Counted from the first letter of the stretch, positions 29,380-39,636 are shown. The stretch: DNA of 64,000 nucleotides from an uncultured Acidobacteriota bacterium (GCA_963822445.1 CAWGHO010000001.1:992001-1056000); one strand, 5' to 3'. Notes: a model not told the origin generated them from the letters alone. Program-made: numbers and translations.

Positions 29380-31905
29380 TCACTCCGTCGGAATGGTGAA
29401 GGTGAACATCGCTCCCCCACCCGTCGCGTTCTGCGCCCAGACCTGGCCGCCGTGCGCGTCGATGATGCCTTTGACGATGGCCAGGCCGAGGCCGGCGCCC
29501 ATGTGCGCGGTCTTCTTGGCCTGCCAGTAAGGCGTGAAGACCTTCGACAGATCCGCCTCGGGGATCCCCGGACCGGTATCGCGCACGACGAACTGCACCG
29601 CGTTCCTCGCGGGAACGGCCTCGACGGTGATCGTTCCCCGCTCCGGCGTGAACTTGATGGCGTTGCCGATCAGATTTCCGAAAACCTGCACCAGGCGATC
29701 GCGATCGGCGCAGATGCGCGGCAGTTCGCCGATCTCGCAGACGATCTTCTGTTTCTTCTGCAGCGCGATCGCGGCGTGGGTATCGCAGACTTCGCGCACG
29801 AGCGGACCGGCGTCCATGAGCTTCGCGTCGACGGAGAAGCGGCCCGCCTCGAGTCTGGCGACGTCGAGGAGATCCTGAATGAGGCGCTCCATCTGGCGCG
29901 CCGACGAGCGGATGGTCTCGATCAGATCGCGTTGCTCCTCGGGCGGCGAGTCGGTGAGCAGGTCCGCGCTCAAGGCGATCTTGGTCAGCGGATTTCGAAG
30001 ATCGTGCGAAACGATTCCCAGCGTTTCATCGCGCACGCGCACCGCCGCCTCGGCCTTCTCCTTCGCTTCGCGCTCTTCTTCCATCAACCGCACGCGGCGC
30101 AACGCCAACGACGTCAGATCGCCGAGCGTTCGCGCGCGAACGACGTCGGTGTCGCGAAACTTGCGGCCGGAGGATGCGCTGTTGAGCAGCACCAGCGCGC
30201 CGAGAGGCTCGTTCTCAGCGATGAGCGGCGTGACCAGCACTTCGCAGTTGCCACAGGTGTCGGCGAGATAGGGAGCCATCTCCCGTCCGAAGCCGCTCAT
30301 CTCCGCGAGGACGACCGGCGCACCGCCCCGCATGATCTCTTCGGTGAGCGATCCCGGAAATCCGACCCGCAATCCACGCGGCGGCGTGCCCCGGCCGGCC
30401 GATGAAACCACTTCGACCGTGCGCGCGCTGTTGACGATGCGCTCGACGTAAACGCCATCGGCGCGCGTGACATGCGTCGCGCGGTTGGTGATCTCGTAAA
30501 GCACCTCGGTCATCTCGACGGCGCCAGTGAGAGCACTGGCCAGATGGCGGAATGCCGACTCTTCATCCGCGCGCCGCTCGAGCTGCGCCCGCGCCGCCTG
30601 GGCTTCCGCGCGCGCCTGCTGTTCCTGTTCGAGGCTCTGCTGCAGATCGAGTCGCGCGCGCTGCCGCTCGGTGATGTCGCGCGCGAAACCGGTGAACACG
30701 GTCTGTCCGTCGGTGCTCCATTCGCCGAAAGAGATCTCGCATGCGACTTCATGTCCGTCTTTGTGCAGCGCCGGCAGCTCGATGCCGTCCCAGGGGATGT
30801 GTTTCTCCTTCGTGCGGAGATAGCGCTGCACACCACGTCTGTGCGCGTCGCGCAGACGCTCCGGAACGATGACGTCGAGATTCCGGCCCAGCAGCTCTTC
30901 GGGTTTGTAGCCGAGGATGCGCTCGACGGCGGGGTTGCAGAAGGTGATGACGCCGCGCTCGTTCATGGTGAAGATCGCGTCCTGCGCGGTCTCGGAAACG
31001 ATGCGGTAGCGGGTCTCACTTTCGCGCAAGGCCTGCTGGGTGCGGCGGCGCTCGATGAAGTCCCCGATCTGCGCGCCGATGAGCGTCATCACCGGAAGCA
31101 ATGCCTGTTCAGGCTCGCGGTCAACGCCGCTGAAGAACTCCATCGCCCCGATGACCCGTCCCTGGGTGACGATCGGGAACGCGAAGGCCGCGACCATGCC
31201 CGCGTCTTTCGCCAGCGGCGCACGCGGATAGCGCACGGAATCGCCGAAGTCGGGGACCCAGACCGCGCGGCCGGTGTCCCACACTTCGCCGATCAATCCG
31301 ACTCCGCGGCGCATGTCGCGGGTGTCGCAGAGACCGAGTACCGCGCTGCTGTCGATGGCCGGCGCATGCCAGAAATCGACGCAGCGGATGGCGTCGCCGT
31401 CGACTTCCCAGAGCGCGCCGATGTCCCAGCCGAGGTTTTCGCAGATGGTCTGCATGACCTGCCGGGCCGCGGCCTCGAAGTTGAGCTCCTGGCTCAGCAC
31501 ATTGGTCAGGGCAAGCTGCGCGGCCAGGCGCTGCTCGGCGCGATAACGGTCGGTGATGTCGCGCGCGAACTTGGAGAACCCGCCTTCTCGCAGTTTCGTG
31601 GTCACGCCGTCGACGAACACGCGCCGGCCGTCTTTGCGCATGTGCCAGCGGGTGTCGTCAGCCCGTCCGGTCTCCCGTGCTCGGGCGATTTCTTTCTCGG
31701 GAATGCCGAGACGGCGGTCTTCGGCAGTGAAGAGGACGTCGAAGTCGCGCCCGACGATCTCGTTGGCGGACCAGCCGAAGGTCCGTTCCGCGCCGATGTT
31801 CCACAGCTCAATCAGGCCCCGTTCGTCGAGGACGAAAATCGCGAGATCGCGAGCTTCCTCGACGATCTGACGGAACATGCCACCTGCCACGGCGGATTCG
31901 TTCAT
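29380..31905 (-). CDS. PAS/GAF sensor histidine kinase
   Basis: Two PAS and two GAF domains; SHDLRNPL, NLIGNAIKFT, DTGPGI, GAGLGL. Confidence 0.92.
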   Translation of the reverse strand: MNESAVAGGMFRQIVEEARDLAIFVLDERGLIELWNIGAERTFGWSANEIVGRDFDVLFTAEDRRLGIPEKEIARARETGRADDTRWHMRKDGRRVFVDGVTTKLREGGFSKFARDITDRYRAEQRLAAQLALTNVLSQELNFEAAARQVMQTICENLGWDIGALWEVDGDAIRCVDFWHAPAIDSSAVLGLCDTRDMRRGVGLIGEVWDTGRAVWVPDFGDSVRYPRAPLAKDAGMVAAFAFPIVTQGRVIGAMEFFSGVDREPEQALLPVMTLIGAQIGDFIERRRTQQALRESETRYRIVSETAQDAIFTMNERGVITFCNPAVERILGYKPEELLGRNLDVIVPERLRDAHRRGVQRYLRTKEKHIPWDGIELPALHKDGHEVACEISFGEWSTDGQTVFTGFARDITERQRARLDLQQSLEQEQQARAEAQAARAQLERRADEESAFRHLASALTGAVEMTEVLYEITNRATHVTRADGVYVERIVNSARTVEVVSSAGRGTPPRGLRVGFPGSLTEEIMRGGAPVVLAEMSGFGREMAPYLADTCGNCEVLVTPLIAENEPLGALVLLNSASSGRKFRDTDVVRARTLGDLTSLALRRVRLMEEEREAKEKAEAAVRVRDETLGIVSHDLRNPLTKIALSADLLTDSPPEEQRDLIETIRSSARQMERLIQDLLDVARLEAGRFSVDAKLMDAGPLVREVCDTHAAIALQKKQKIVCEIGELPRICADRDRLVQVFGNLIGNAIKFTPERGTITVEAVPARNAVQFVVRDTGPGIPEADLSKVFTPYWQAKKTAHMGAGLGLAIVKGIIDAHGGQVWAQNATGGGAMFTFTIPTE

Positions 31906-32036
31906 GCGGAAGCTGGTTGGGCCTCTCGGTCTTCATGGAGCACACGACGTGCCCGTCTCTTGCTAGACTTCGCGCCCCGCAATGCAGCGCCGGGTGCGTA
32001 TGTTCTGACGGATTCGCGCAATCGCGACGCCAGTGA

Positions 32037-32107
<71 letters not shown>

Positions 32108-32108
<1 letters not shown>

Positions 32109-32148
32109 GCGGGCGGGCACGGCCCGCCGCGCTGGTTGGCCTAGCCAG
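32108..32148. repeat. Single-arm fragment of the REP family seen at 5581 and 50483
   Basis: ggcgggcgg..cgccgcgctggttggcctagcc shared with both copies. Confidence 0.6.
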
Positions 32149-32198
32149 AGGGGCAACTGCGGTCCCGCTGTCGTGTGAGTTAGGAGAGGGGTGAACGG

Positions 32199-32495
32199 TC
32201 AGCTCGTTTTCAGAGCGACGATTGCGGCGGCACCCAGCAAGCCGGCGCAGCAGGAGTGGCAATCCCCCGAGCGTCTGGATGGCGCTCCCACGGCGTTGAC
32301 GATGAGCGTTCCGGTCAGCGTCACCAACCCAGTCACTTGAACCGGTGCGACGTTGCCGGGCGATGCGCTGGAGACCGTCACGGTGAGGCTCGTGGTGATT
32401 GTGAGGTCATGGACGACGATCTGGTCACGGACGGAGGTGCCGTCGACAGTGAGCGAGGCGCTTGCAACGCCGGCGGCCAGAAGTAGAAACAGACC
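32199..32495 (-). pseudogene. Degraded secreted-protein remnant ending in an IPTL-CTERM-like sorting signal
   Basis: Signal-peptide-like GLFLLLAAGVASA, Thr/Val-rich body; frame-switched AIQTLGGLPLLL / AGLLGAAAIVALKTS*. Confidence 0.4.
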
Positions 32496-32592
32496 AGCAG
32501 CACGTGCGCGCCTTGGGGACGCGGATCCTATCAGAGCCGCGCGCAGTCTCCGCCGGCCAGGCAGCGATGCGCCGCCGCGATAAAGTGGGTCC

Positions 32593-34545
32593 GTGCACGA
32601 GCAGCGCTTTCTCATCGACGTCGCCATCGTTCTCGGCGTCGCCTTTCCGGTCCTCGTCGTCGGGAAGATGCTTCGCGTTCCGGAGCTGATCAGCTATCTC
32701 CTCACCGGCATTGCCATCGGGCCGCACGCCATCGGGTTGATTCGCGATCCGGCCCAGGTCGAGGCGATCGCGGAGATCGGCGTGGCGCTGATCCTCTTCT
32801 TCATCGGCCTGCACGTTCCGCTGGAGCGATTGCGGACGCTCGGCAAAACGACGTTCGTCTCCGGCTCGCTGCAGATGTTGTTCACCGTGGCGGGCGTGGT
32901 CGCGATCGGATTGGCGACGGGGATCGACATCCGCCTGGCGAGTTTCCTCGGCGTGCTGATCGCGCTCGGATCGACGTCGGTGGTCATGCCGGTGCTGGCC
33001 ACTCGGGAGGAAACCGGTGCTCCGTTCGCGGGCCGCTTCCTCGGCGTCTCGATCTTCCAGGACTTTGCCGTCATCCCGCTGATGCTGCTCGTCCCTGCAT
33101 TCGCCTCGGGACGAAACGCGCCGCCGATGATGACCGTAGCCACGCGCGTGCTCCTGGCCGTCGTCGGCGTCGTGCTGCTGGTCGTCGTCGCACGGATGGT
33201 CGTGCCCCAGCTCTTCATGCGCATCGCCCGGCTCGGAAGCCGTGAGGCGTTTACTGCCGCGGCCATCGTGCTGATCGTCGCGACGATCGCCATCGCCGAC
33301 CGGCTGGGCATCTCCGCGGCGCTGGGCGCTTTCGCGGCAGGGATCGTAGTCGGAGACACGGAGTTCATTCACGAGGTCGCGGGGATCCTCAGGCCGTTCC
33401 GCGACTTCCTGTCGGTTCTCTTCTTCGCGTCGATCGGGATGCTGCTCCAGCCGCGTTATCTGCTCGAGAACCTGCCGCTGGTGCTGGGTGTGTTCACGCT
33501 CGTGCTGATGGTGAAGGTGATGGCCGCGTACCCGGCCTTCCGAATGTCCGGCGCGCTGCCGCGCACTTCGATCCGGGCGGCGTTCGCGGTGGCACCGATC
33601 GGTGAGTTCTCGTTCCTGCTGGCCCTGGAGGCCCGGAAGCACGGGATTCTGTCGGAGGCGAACGAACAGCTTTTCATCTCAGTGGCTGTGCTGACTCTCG
33701 CCGCCACTCCCCTGCTCCTCGTCGGCGGAAGCCGCTGGGCGCAACGGCTGCGCGGCGCGCAGGAAGGGGAAGGGGTCGCCGAGGAAACAGCGCGGCCGCA
33801 GCAGATCATCATCATCGGCTACGGTCTGAACGGTCAGAACGTCACCCGCGTCCTGAACGAGACCGGCGTCGCCCACGTGGTCCTGGAGGAGGATCCCCGC
33901 CGCGCCGACGTCGCGCGCCGCAACGGGAGCCGCGTGATCGTCGCCGACGCCTCCGATCCAGACGCACTGATCGCCGCGGGCATTCGCACGGCTCTCGCCG
34001 TGGTGGTCGCGATCTCCGACGCTGAAGGCACGCGGCGGATCGTCCAGCGCTGCCGGCGGATGAATCGCGAGCTTCGCATCGTCGTCCGCACCCGGTACAT
34101 CTCTGAAGTGGAGCGATTGCGGGAGCTCGGCGCGAATGAGGTCATCCCCGAGGAGTTCGAGACGTCGCTGGAGATCGTCACCAGACTTCTGCGAATCCTC
34201 TCCGTCCCCGGAAACATCGTTGCGGCGCAGTTGCGCATCCTTCGCGACGAGGGCTATCGCATCCTGCGCGACCCGGCCATGCGGGCCGCGGAAGGGCGCC
34301 GGCTGTCGGCCGTCCTCACCGCGGGGACGTCGCAGACCTTTCTCGTGTTGCCGGACAGCAAGGCCGAGGGGAAGACTCTGGTCGAGCTCGCTGTGGCGGA
34401 TGACCATGTCGCGGTCCCGGCCATGCTTCGCGACGGCAAACCGATCTCCCCTCCCTCCGTCAACGAGCCGCTCATGGCCGGCGACACCTTGTTCCTGGTC
34501 GGCGCCCACGAGGACCTGCTGCGCGTGCTCGACCGTATGGAGTAG
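32593..34545 (+). CDS. CPA2 cation:proton antiporter (Kef-like) with TrkA-N/TrkA-C domains
   Basis: AEIGVALILFFIGL, IFQDFAV, GEFSFLL, IIIGYGLNG, VIPEEFETS. Confidence 0.9.
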   Translation: MHEQRFLIDVAIVLGVAFPVLVVGKMLRVPELISYLLTGIAIGPHAIGLIRDPAQVEAIAEIGVALILFFIGLHVPLERLRTLGKTTFVSGSLQMLFTVAGVVAIGLATGIDIRLASFLGVLIALGSTSVVMPVLATREETGAPFAGRFLGVSIFQDFAVIPLMLLVPAFASGRNAPPMMTVATRVLLAVVGVVLLVVVARMVVPQLFMRIARLGSREAFTAAAIVLIVATIAIADRLGISAALGAFAAGIVVGDTEFIHEVAGILRPFRDFLSVLFFASIGMLLQPRYLLENLPLVLGVFTLVLMVKVMAAYPAFRMSGALPRTSIRAAFAVAPIGEFSFLLALEARKHGILSEANEQLFISVAVLTLAATPLLLVGGSRWAQRLRGAQEGEGVAEETARPQQIIIIGYGLNGQNVTRVLNETGVAHVVLEEDPRRADVARRNGSRVIVADASDPDALIAAGIRTALAVVVAISDAEGTRRIVQRCRRMNRELRIVVRTRYISEVERLRELGANEVIPEEFETSLEIVTRLLRILSVPGNIVAAQLRILRDEGYRILRDPAMRAAEGRRLSAVLTAGTSQTFLVLPDSKAEGKTLVELAVADDHVAVPAMLRDGKPISPPSVNEPLMAGDTLFLVGAHEDLLRVLDRME

Positions 34546-34592
34546 GTCGCGGCCCACCCCTTGCAAATAACTTTGCAACTGGAGGTACAACC

Positions 34593-35330
34593 ATGCGAAA
34601 AACACTCGCGGCCGCTTTGTTCGCCGCGGTATTGATTCCCACGCAGAAGGCACAGGCGCTCGATAACGAAGCGCTGCTCGCGCTCGTGGCTATGCCGCTC
34701 GCCGTAGCGGCTGTTTCGGAAGTAACCGACGTCCCGATGAACGACCTCATCGACGTCGTCACGCTGATGAACGATGCCCTCGTTCCGCCGGCGCAGTTCA
34801 TCGAAGTCGTCAGGTACGCGCCCGTGGCGCTGGTCGTCGACACGCAGGTACCTCGCTTTCCGGAGTACGTTCGCGTTCAGTTCGACAGCGGTCTCCGCGG
34901 TACGGAGCTGGTGAGCTCGATCGAGGATCGCTATCACATCTATGGAGTGGAAGGCGTCAACTTCGACGTCGTGGCGCCGCGGGTCGTGGACATCGAGGAC
35001 GACTTCGTCCCGCAGATCGTTCACACACGCATCGCCGAGCGGAAAGCCCACCCTCACGGCGGGCCCCCGGGACAGCTCAAGAAGTCGATGGGCGTGCAAA
35101 CCGGAGCGGAAGTCGTTCACGGAACGCGGAAGGGCAAGAGCAACGACCGCGTCGTGACGCGTGTCGTCGAGGACCGGCCTGCGAAGGTCGCGAAGGAACA
35201 CAAGGTCAAGCATCAGGACAAGCCCGTGGTGGCCAAAGCGAAGGGCCGCGGCTCGTCGGATGACCACAAGAACCAGGGTGGCGGCCATGGCGGCGGTCAC
35301 GGCAAAGGCAAAGGAAAGGGCAAGGGATGA
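34593..35330 (+). CDS. Secreted hypothetical protein with PPGQLKK motif and G/K/H-rich tail
   Basis: GGAGG RBS, signal peptide, HPHGGPPGQLKK. Confidence 0.7.
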   Translation: MRKTLAAALFAAVLIPTQKAQALDNEALLALVAMPLAVAAVSEVTDVPMNDLIDVVTLMNDALVPPAQFIEVVRYAPVALVVDTQVPRFPEYVRVQFDSGLRGTELVSSIEDRYHIYGVEGVNFDVVAPRVVDIEDDFVPQIVHTRIAERKAHPHGGPPGQLKKSMGVQTGAEVVHGTRKGKSNDRVVTRVVEDRPAKVAKEHKVKHQDKPVVAKAKGRGSSDDHKNQGGGHGGGHGKGKGKGKG

Positions 35331-35632
35331 GAGCACGTACATTCGCACTCGTTCTGATGCTGGCGCTCGCCGCCGCGTGCAGTAACGAGCAGAAAGCCAC
35401 GAATACGACCGAGGCCACGACTCCGCAGGCGACGGCGAAGGCCGCCGACCTGACGCCGGAGCAGCTGGGCGAGCTGGGTGCGCAGATCCGGAAGGAGCCC
35501 TCGCGCGCCGACGAGTTGCTTGCCCAGAAGGGGCTGAATGCAGCCACGTTCGAGAAGGCGATTCGCGACGTAACCGAGAATCCGGAGTCGTCGAAGCGGT
35601 ATGCCGAGGCCTATCGGAAGGCCAGCGCCTGA
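35327..35632 (+). CDS. Small lipoprotein, hypothetical
   Basis: LALAAAC lipobox; ATGA overlap with upstream gene. Confidence 0.7.
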   Translation: MRARTFALVLMLALAAACSNEQKATNTTEATTPQATAKAADLTPEQLGELGAQIRKEPSRADELLAQKGLNAATFEKAIRDVTENPESSKRYAEAYRKASA

Positions 35633-35700
35633 CGCTGTCCTTCGTGCAGGACAGAATACGGGTGTAGGGACGCCTATGCGTTCCTTCATGAAAAAATCGC

Positions 35701-35729
35701 TTGCGGCGAGCTATCTTGCCGTCGATAAT
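35701..35729 (+). promoter_or_regulatory. Putative sigma70-type promoter for the TPR gene
   Basis: TTGCGG-N17-GATAAT ending 10 nt before ATG 35740. Confidence 0.45.
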
Positions 35730-35739
35730 CCGGATCGGA

Positions 35740-37083
35740 ATGTCGCATTACGACGACGAAGCGCTGTTTCAGTACGCGGAAGGCACATCGCCTATCTCGA
35801 CAGAGATCGCGTCTCACGTCGCGGCGTGTGACCGTTGCTCCTCGGAGCTCGGCACGCACCGCGACGTCGTCGAGGCGCTCCGAAGCGACGACATGTGGCA
35901 GGATCCTGCACCAGCGCCGCGGCAGTTCGTCGTCGACGTAGTGGAGTTCGCCGACCGCGCCCGGGCCGAGGATCTGCAGGCGGCCGAGCTGTGTACGGAC
36001 GTTCTTTCCGGTCCGGCCTCCTGGTGGCCGCAGCGCCTCCGGAAGCACGACAACTTCCGGACCGCTGGCATGGTCCGCCAGCTCCTCGAGCGGATGCGCG
36101 AGCTACTGGGCAGTTCCCCCGCGAACGCGTTGCAGGTCACGGCGATGGCCATCGACATCGCCAACTCCCTTCCGGTGACCGAGTATCCCTGCGACTACGT
36201 CGTGAAGCTTCGGGCCCAGGCCTACCGCGATCACGCGTACGTCCTGTCGTTCATGGGCCGCTATCCCGAGGCATTGGAGATCGCGGACCGGGCCAAGAGG
36301 CTGTTCGATCAGGTGCCCCTGCCGGAGTACGACCTCGCGCGACTGGCGCAGGTCCGGGCGTCGATCCTTCGATGCATCGACCGCGTCGACGAATCCGTAA
36401 TCCTCGCCCGCCAGGCAGCCGAAACATTTCTGAAGTTCGGCGATCACTCCCGCTACGCGAACGCGCGAGTCATCGAAGCGGCGATGGTGTTCGAGACCGG
36501 TGACCTTCGTTCCGCGCTCGAAATCTGGCACGGCATCGAGAACGATCCCGGGCTCGACAGCGTCACCCGCATCGGCGTCATTCAGAACATCGGCGTCTGC
36601 TATCGCGATCTTGGGGAGCTCGATCGCGCCGTGGAACATCTGCGCCGTTGCGCGGACGAATACGAAATTCTGGGCATCCACACCGACCGAACACGATCCC
36701 GCCGGAATCTCGGCCAGACCCTGGTGCGCGCCGGCCGTTACGCGGACGCCATCCCGGTTCTGCGGCAGACCTGGCAGGAGTTCGAGAAACTCGACCTCGT
36801 CGCCGATGCTGCGTTGTCGGCGCTCGAGCTGGCCGAGGCCCTGCTGTTAGATGGCAAGCCGTCGGAAGTACCGGCCATCTGCCGAGAAATCGTGGCTCAG
36901 TTCACGCGCGCGGGAATGACTTCGCGGGCGATCACTGCCCTGTCCTTTCTGCGCGAGGCAGTCGCGTTGGGGCAGGCGAACCCGAGCCTCGTTCGTCATG
37001 TGCATGACTTTCTGCGAGAGCTCCCAGCCGAGCAGCCTCGCCTGTTCGCACCGCCTCCCGGCGGCGGCAGCTACGACCAGTAG
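35740..37083 (+). CDS. TPR-repeat protein with N-terminal zf-HC2 (anti-sigma-like) zinc finger
   Basis: MSHYDDEALFQY..HVAACDRC; TPR-like helices (MGRYPEALEI, NIGVCYRDLGELDRAVEHL, NLGQTLVRAGRYADA). Confidence 0.8.
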   Translation: MSHYDDEALFQYAEGTSPISTEIASHVAACDRCSSELGTHRDVVEALRSDDMWQDPAPAPRQFVVDVVEFADRARAEDLQAAELCTDVLSGPASWWPQRLRKHDNFRTAGMVRQLLERMRELLGSSPANALQVTAMAIDIANSLPVTEYPCDYVVKLRAQAYRDHAYVLSFMGRYPEALEIADRAKRLFDQVPLPEYDLARLAQVRASILRCIDRVDESVILARQAAETFLKFGDHSRYANARVIEAAMVFETGDLRSALEIWHGIENDPGLDSVTRIGVIQNIGVCYRDLGELDRAVEHLRRCADEYEILGIHTDRTRSRRNLGQTLVRAGRYADAIPVLRQTWQEFEKLDLVADAALSALELAEALLLDGKPSEVPAICREIVAQFTRAGMTSRAITALSFLREAVALGQANPSLVRHVHDFLRELPAEQPRLFAPPPGGGSYDQ

Positions 37084-37218
37084 CCGCGCCCTACGCCGCC
37101 GCCATCCCGAAAACTGTCTGCAGCGGCAAGCCGCTGAAGGGTCACTTAAAGATCAGGGGGATCTATGCGTCCATCGTCCGTCGATCAATCACTCAACCGT
37201 TCACAGAAGGAGAAAGTC

Positions 37219-37416
37219 ATGCGTAAATCATTCGTCGCCAGCGTCGCCATCGTCACCATCCTCGCCATTGCCACCCCTGCCGCCGCCGCGTCCCGCGATC
37301 GTGATCGCGATTCCGTGTCGGTCGTCAAGTTCCTAAAGAGCGTGGCGAAGAAGGTCTTCGGAATTCAGCCGTCAGCCGACATCGTCATCCCCATCCCCGC
37401 TCCGGATAAGCCGTAA
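37219..37416 (+). CDS. Small secreted propeptide (65 aa)
   Basis: AAGGAG RBS; Sec signal MRKSFVASVAIVTILAIATPAAAA; mature part ends ADIVIPIPAPDKP. Confidence 0.75.
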   Translation: MRKSFVASVAIVTILAIATPAAAASRDRDRDSVSVVKFLKSVAKKVFGIQPSADIVIPIPAPDKP

Positions 37417-37425
37417 CTCGCCTCT

Positions 37426-37457
37426 CGTCCGCCGGCGCAATGACGCGCCGGCGGACG
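37426..37457. terminator. GC hairpin between convergent genes, possible bidirectional terminator
   Basis: cgtccgccggcgc-aatgac-gcgccggcggacg; no clear U-tract. Confidence 0.5.
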
Positions 37458-37466
37458 GCCGTTCGT

Positions 37467-38291
37467 TCATGCCTGTCTGCCCCGGAATCGCCGGGCGACG
37501 GTCCAAACCGCCGCCAGCAGCAGCGCCATCATGCCGCAGACCGGGACCACGTAAATCACGATCCAGATCGCCGCGGCCGCGAAAGTCCGCAAGGCGCCGA
37601 CCAGCGCACGGCTGGCGTCCTTGACGATGACGATCGGCTGCCAGGCCTTTTCGACGACCGGTTTCGTCACCGCGTCGGGGATGACTTCGAGGCCGATGTG
37701 GGACATGGCCACGGTGTGCCCGAGGTGCTGGATGCGGCCTTTGGTCTGCTCGATCTCGCCGCGGATGGCGGTGAGCTGCTGATGGACTTCGAGGATCTCC
37801 GCGGCCTTGCGCGCGTTCTGCCGGACCGTCGTCAGCAGCTCGCGCAACTCGACTTCGGTCGCCTCGAGATTCCGCAGCCGCCCTTCGAGGTCGACGTACT
37901 CCTGGGTGACGTCCTCGCTGGACATGGTCTCGTTGTCGACGCGCCGCGCGACCTTGCGGATCGCCGCCAGCGCGGGAGTCATCGACTTGCTGGGAACGCG
38001 CAAGGTGAGGCGCGCGCGGAGCAGCTCTCCTTCACGCCAGACTTCCGAGCCGGCCACGTATCCGCCCAGGCCTTCCACGGATGCGGTGACGTCGTTCACG
38101 GCTTTGGCCGTGTCGGCCACGACGATCCGCATCGTGGCGTTGCGGACGATCTTTCGTTGCGGCGGCTGCGCGACGTTCAACGCGACGGCCGCTGAATCGG
38201 CCCGTTCTGCGACGGCGGCCGAGCGTTCCTCGGCCTTACAAGAAAAGAGAAAGATGAGAACGAACAGCGTGGCGATCTTTTTCACGCCCAT
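37467..38291 (-). CDS. DUF4349 domain lipoprotein
   Basis: LFSC lipobox; RKIVRNA, LRVP, EDVTQEYVDL, IRGEIEQ; C-terminal TM. Confidence 0.85.
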   Translation of the reverse strand: MGVKKIATLFVLIFLFSCKAEERSAAVAERADSAAVALNVAQPPQRKIVRNATMRIVVADTAKAVNDVTASVEGLGGYVAGSEVWREGELLRARLTLRVPSKSMTPALAAIRKVARRVDNETMSSEDVTQEYVDLEGRLRNLEATEVELRELLTTVRQNARKAAEILEVHQQLTAIRGEIEQTKGRIQHLGHTVAMSHIGLEVIPDAVTKPVVEKAWQPIVIVKDASRALVGALRTFAAAAIWIVIYVVPVCGMMALLLAAVWTVARRFRGRQA

Positions 38292-38321
38292 TGGACGCGC
38301 GCCGGCGTCAGGACGAAACCG

Positions 38322-38693
38322 TCAATCGCAATCGCAATAAGCCAGGGCACGCGTGGCCACGTACTGCGGATCGACCGGCTTCAGCAGCGTTTCGTCCGCC
38401 CATGCCGCCAGTGTGCGGATCTCCGGGTCAGGATCGCCGAGGATGATCAGGCCGCATTTGACGGCTTCCCGCCGCTCGCGAAGAAAGTCGAGCGACTCGA
38501 TGCCGCGTTTCGTCGCCAGATTCACGCCCAGGAGGACGACGGAGAAGCGGCGGGCCTTCAGATGATCGATTGCGCTCCCGCCATCCGCGGCGAACGTGAC
38601 GGAGAAGTTCTGTTGGTCGAGCGTGGCGATGAGCTTCTTGCGGAACTCGTCGTCATCGTGAATCAGCAAAGCAGGACAGCTCGGTCGGACCAT
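38322..38693 (-). CDS. Stand-alone atypical receiver (REC) domain protein
   Basis: LLIHDDD, AADGGSAI, VVLLGVNL (no phospho-Asp), LLKPVD. Confidence 0.7.
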   Translation of the reverse strand: MVRPSCPALLIHDDDEFRKKLIATLDQQNFSVTFAADGGSAIDHLKARRFSVVLLGVNLATKRGIESLDFLRERREAVKCGLIILGDPDPEIRTLAAWADETLLKPVDPQYVATRALAYCDCD

Positions 38694-38696
38694 CGC

Positions 38697-39197
38697 TCAC
38701 TCCCCGCGCAAAGCCCGCGCCAGAGCCGCGCAGACCTCGTCGCCGAAGCAGGTCAGGATCACCTGTTCGATGGAAGGAGCGTCGAAGGCGCGGATCTCCC
38801 GCACGGCGATCTCCGCCGCGGCATCGATCGGGTAGCCGTACACGCCGCAACTGATGGCCGGAAAGGCGATCGTGCGCACGCCGTTCTCGACCGCGAGCCG
38901 CAGGCTGGAGCGATAGCAGGACGCCAGCAACTCCGCCTCCCCTTCCGTCCCGCCCCGCCAGACCGGCCCGACCGTGTGAATGACGAACCGGGCCGGCAAC
39001 CGATATCCACTGGTGATCCGCGCCTCGCCAGTCGGACATCCGCCGATGCGTTTGCACTCTTCGAGCAGCTCCGGACCCGCCGCACGATGAATCGCGCCGT
39101 CGACTCCACCACCGCCGCGGAGACCTTCATTGGCCGCGTTGACGATGGCGTCGACCTGCAGTTTGGTGATGTCGCCGCGGTGTACCTCGAGCTTCAC
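38697..39197 (-). CDS. ymdB: Macro domain O-acetyl-ADP-ribose deacetylase (YmdB-like)
   Basis: [38 protein letters not shown]. Confidence 0.88.
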   Translation of the reverse strand: MKLEVHRGDITKLQVDAIVNAANEGLRGGGGVDGAIHRAAGPELLEECKRIGGCPTGEARITSGYRLPARFVIHTVGPVWRGGTEGEAELLASCYRSSLRLAVENGVRTIAFPAISCGVYGYPIDAAAEIAVREIRAFDAPSIEQVILTCFGDEVCAALARALRGE

Positions 39198-39610
39198 CTC
39201 TTCTTCCGCCCGAGCTTCACGACGATGTCGTACTCCGCCTTCGTCACCGGCTGAATCGACAGGCGCGAGCCTTTCTTCGTCACCACCATCTCCTCGAGGC
39301 CGCGCGTGTTTTTCAGAGTCTCCAGCGAAACGGTCTCCGGAAACTTCTCCACGAAGCGGATGTCCACCATCGACCAGGTCGGGTCCTTCGGCTCCGGCCG
39401 CCCTTCGACGCTGACCTCGGCCAGCCCGGTCACGCCCGACGGGTCAGCGTTGGACGCATAAAAAAGCACCTTGTCGCCGACGCGCATCTCATCCCGCATA
39501 AAATTGCGGGCCTGGTAATTTCGAACGCCTTCCCAACTCGTCGTGCCGTCGCGCTCCAGCCTGTCGATGCTGTACGCGCTCGGTTCCACTTTCATCAGCC
39601 AGTACTTCAT
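39194..39610 (-). CDS. EVE domain protein
   Basis: [34 protein letters not shown]. Confidence 0.9.
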   Translation of the reverse strand: MKYWLMKVEPSAYSIDRLERDGTTSWEGVRNYQARNFMRDEMRVGDKVLFYASNADPSGVTGLAEVSVEGRPEPKDPTWSMVDIRFVEKFPETVSLETLKNTRGLEEMVVTKKGSRLSIQPVTKAEYDIVVKLGRKKR

Positions 39611-39636
39611 GGCGCGAATCATAGGATGTCGACGCC

